From Anaerolinea thermophila (GTDB lineage: Bacteria; Chloroflexota; Anaerolineae; Anaerolineales; Villigracilaceae): a DNA stretch of 64,000 bases. The DNA is taken from the NCBI GenBank assembly GCA_020722345.1, contig DYKZ01000001.1, forward strand, positions 18,108 through 82,107, written 5' to 3'. Under the pieces are notes generated by a model that saw nothing but the letters and a program-made list of their open reading frames with translations, did not search any database and was not told the DNA's origin. A program made the position numbers and the translations under genes. Positions within the stretch are counted from its first letter, which is position 1. Each line of letters begins with the position of its first letter. Below, in pieces: positions 62,690 through 64,000 of the stretch.

Positions 62690-62831
62690 GATAGGCTCCT
62701 TTGGTTCAATGTGAGCGGGTCGATTGGGCCCCCGGTCGAATAGCCCCTGCCGTCTCACCGGCTGTACCCGCTGTCACCCGCGGGGCGGTTCGGTTGGGAG
62801 GAAGGCCCGGGGCCGTCCTCCGGCATTCTGG

Positions 62832-63377
62832 TCACACTTCGATCTTGGACACGCGCTGACGATGGACCCCGAACAGGTCCAGGGGGACTTCCTCGCCTTC
62901 ACGCAGCTTCTCGCGGACGAAAGCGGCAAGGGTCGAAGGATGGACGCGGGCGTTGTCGTCCACCTCGAACTCGTCCGCGAGACGCTGGCGCAGTTCATCA
63001 GCCTTCTCGTCCTCGCCCTTGCCGAAGGCGACGGCGACCACGCGCTTGATCATCGCGGCATGGCCGTTCTGCTTGAGCCAGGCGAAGGCGAGCGGGGCCT
63101 TGGCCTTCGGGATGCTGGCGCGGATCGTCTCGTCAATCTTGATCTTCAGGCCGGTGGTGGTCTTGAACTCACCAATGCCGATCTGGTCCATGAGTTCGGG
63201 CACCTGGCGCTCCGCGATGTCGCGGAGTTCTTCGCGGGCCTTGTTGAGCTGGGCTTCGAGGTCTGCGACCTTCGACTGGGCAGCGGCCTGTTGTTCGGCC
63301 AGCTGAGTGAGTTGGCTCAGTTCGCCACCGGCGGTCTGAGGTTGGACATAGTCCAGGTATGCGTTTTCACTTGACAT
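62832..63377 (-). CDS. hypothetical coiled-coil protein (Gp157-like?)
   Basis: 181 aa with an N-terminal coiled coil. It is the first gene after promoter cassette 6. Confidence 0.45.
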   Translation of the reverse strand: MSSENAYLDYVQPQTAGGELSQLTQLAEQQAAAQSKVADLEAQLNKAREELRDIAERQVPELMDQIGIGEFKTTTGLKIKIDETIRASIPKAKAPLAFAWLKQNGHAAMIKRVVAVAFGKGEDEKADELRQRLADEFEVDDNARVHPSTLAAFVREKLREGEEVPLDLFGVHRQRVSKIEV

Positions 63378-63425
63378 GTGGTTCTCCGTTTCTTCGGTGA
63401 GGGGGTATTCCGATCACGCTGAAGA

Positions 63426-63454
63426 AGTATAGCCGGTCAATCGGAAGAAGTAAA
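63426..63454 (-). promoter_or_regulatory. Promoter cassette 6 (TTTACT-N17-TATACT)
   Basis: -10 at 63426-63431 and -35 at 63449-63454. Confidence 0.6.
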
Positions 63455-63790
63455 GAGGCCCGAGGCGTCCACCGCGAGGTAGCGTTGGTCCTTGCCGCTC
63501 CACTGGAGCAGGGACACGTCCCCGTCATTGGCGTCTGCGGCAATGGCGACGGCGAACCCGATCAGGACCGGATTGCCCACGAGCAGGAGGTGGTCCCCCG
63601 GCCCGAAGTCGGCCAGCTTCTCCTTCAGCTCATCAATGAGGGGCTCCGGGCGGAACGGGGCCGCGGTCGGGCTGAGCAGGAACACCAGCTCACCGAACTC
63701 CTCCGCCGGGGCGAGGTTGAATTTGGGCTCGAACCGCTGCTTGTCGCGGTCCCAGCGGTGTTGGTTCTGTACAACAAATACACGGCTCAT
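63437..63790 (-). CDS. hypothetical protein
   Basis: 117-aa ORF. Its 3' end overlaps promoter cassette 6. Confidence 0.5.
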   Translation of the reverse strand: MSRVFVVQNQHRWDRDKQRFEPKFNLAPAEEFGELVFLLSPTAAPFRPEPLIDELKEKLADFGPGDHLLLVGNPVLIGFAVAIAADANDGDVSLLQWSGKDQRYLAVDASGLFTSSD

Positions 63791-63797
63791 AGTAGTC

Positions 63798-64000
63798 TCA
63801 CAACCAGTCTTTGAGGCGGTCGCCGGTGATCTGGCTCGCCACGTTGAATTTGTTCCTCAACGCTTCCACCACCTTCTCATCCACGGAGTCCTCAGCCACG
63901 AGGTCGATGTACAGCACGTTGTTGGTCTGTCCGATCCGGTGGGCGCGGTCCTCCGACTGAAGGCGGTCGATCAGCTTGAAGCTGTTGGAATAATAAATGA
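63798..64000 (-). CDS. SNF2-family helicase, C-terminal fragment (5' part outside window)
   Basis: The - strand translation ..FKLIDRLQSEDRAHRIGQTNNVLYIDLVAEDSVDEKVVEAL.. contains helicase motif VI (QxxxRxxRxGQ). The TGA stop lies at 63798-63800. Confidence 0.7.
   Translation of the reverse strand, partial: IYYSNSFKLIDRLQSEDRAHRIGQTNNVLYIDLVAEDSVDEKVVEALRNKFNVASQITGDRLKDWL

Overview
The window is a contiguous slice of a tailed dsDNA phage genome with high G+C. I saw no rRNA, tRNA, CRISPR array, integrase or host housekeeping genes. All calls rest on reading the supplied ORF translations and the DNA by eye; no database search was run, so family names come from motif recall and gene context.

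Layout:
- nt 1-6624, + strand: an oppositely oriented block with visibly lower G+C. It carries QueD (5'-truncated by the window edge), a Gpt-like PRTase::GTP cyclohydrolase I fusion, a DpdA-like DNA transglycosylase, a beta-clamp-like protein, a family-B DNA polymerase and three small genes.
- nt 6621-33109, - strand: the structural and lysis module. In transcription order it reads TerS, TerL, portal, Mu-F-like minor head protein, scaffold, major capsid, Rz/Rz1-holin-SLT lysis cassette, connectors, major tail, G/GT chaperones with a G GGA AAC slip site, tape measure, GTA-like tail hub and tip proteins with vWA inserts, and fibre genes including an S8 subtilase.
- nt 33110-33658: an AT-rich repeat-laden non-coding region.
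- nt 33659-64000, - strand: early, replication and nucleotide-metabolism genes. These include ArdB/KlcA, TraR, a DEDDh exonuclease, MazG, primase-helicase, VRR-NUC, dCMP deaminase, an MT-A70 methylase, family-A polymerase, an HD nucleotidase, class II RNR, a RecD-like helicase and an SNF2 helicase fragment. A thymidylate-synthase-family enzyme is followed by a thymidine-hypermodification set (P-loop DNA kinase, two aGPT-Pplase-like paralogs, radical SAM, PLP enzyme).

Most interesting:
- Three different DNA-modification routes (T hypermodification, 7-deazaguanine, m6A) sit in one phage together with an antirestriction gene.
- The low-G+C island carries its own second polymerase and clamp.
- Six near-identical promoter cassettes are built from a direct repeat.
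- Paralogous vWA domains occur in two tail-tip proteins, and the host-specificity gene appears split.
- Two genes show apparent -1 frame breaks.
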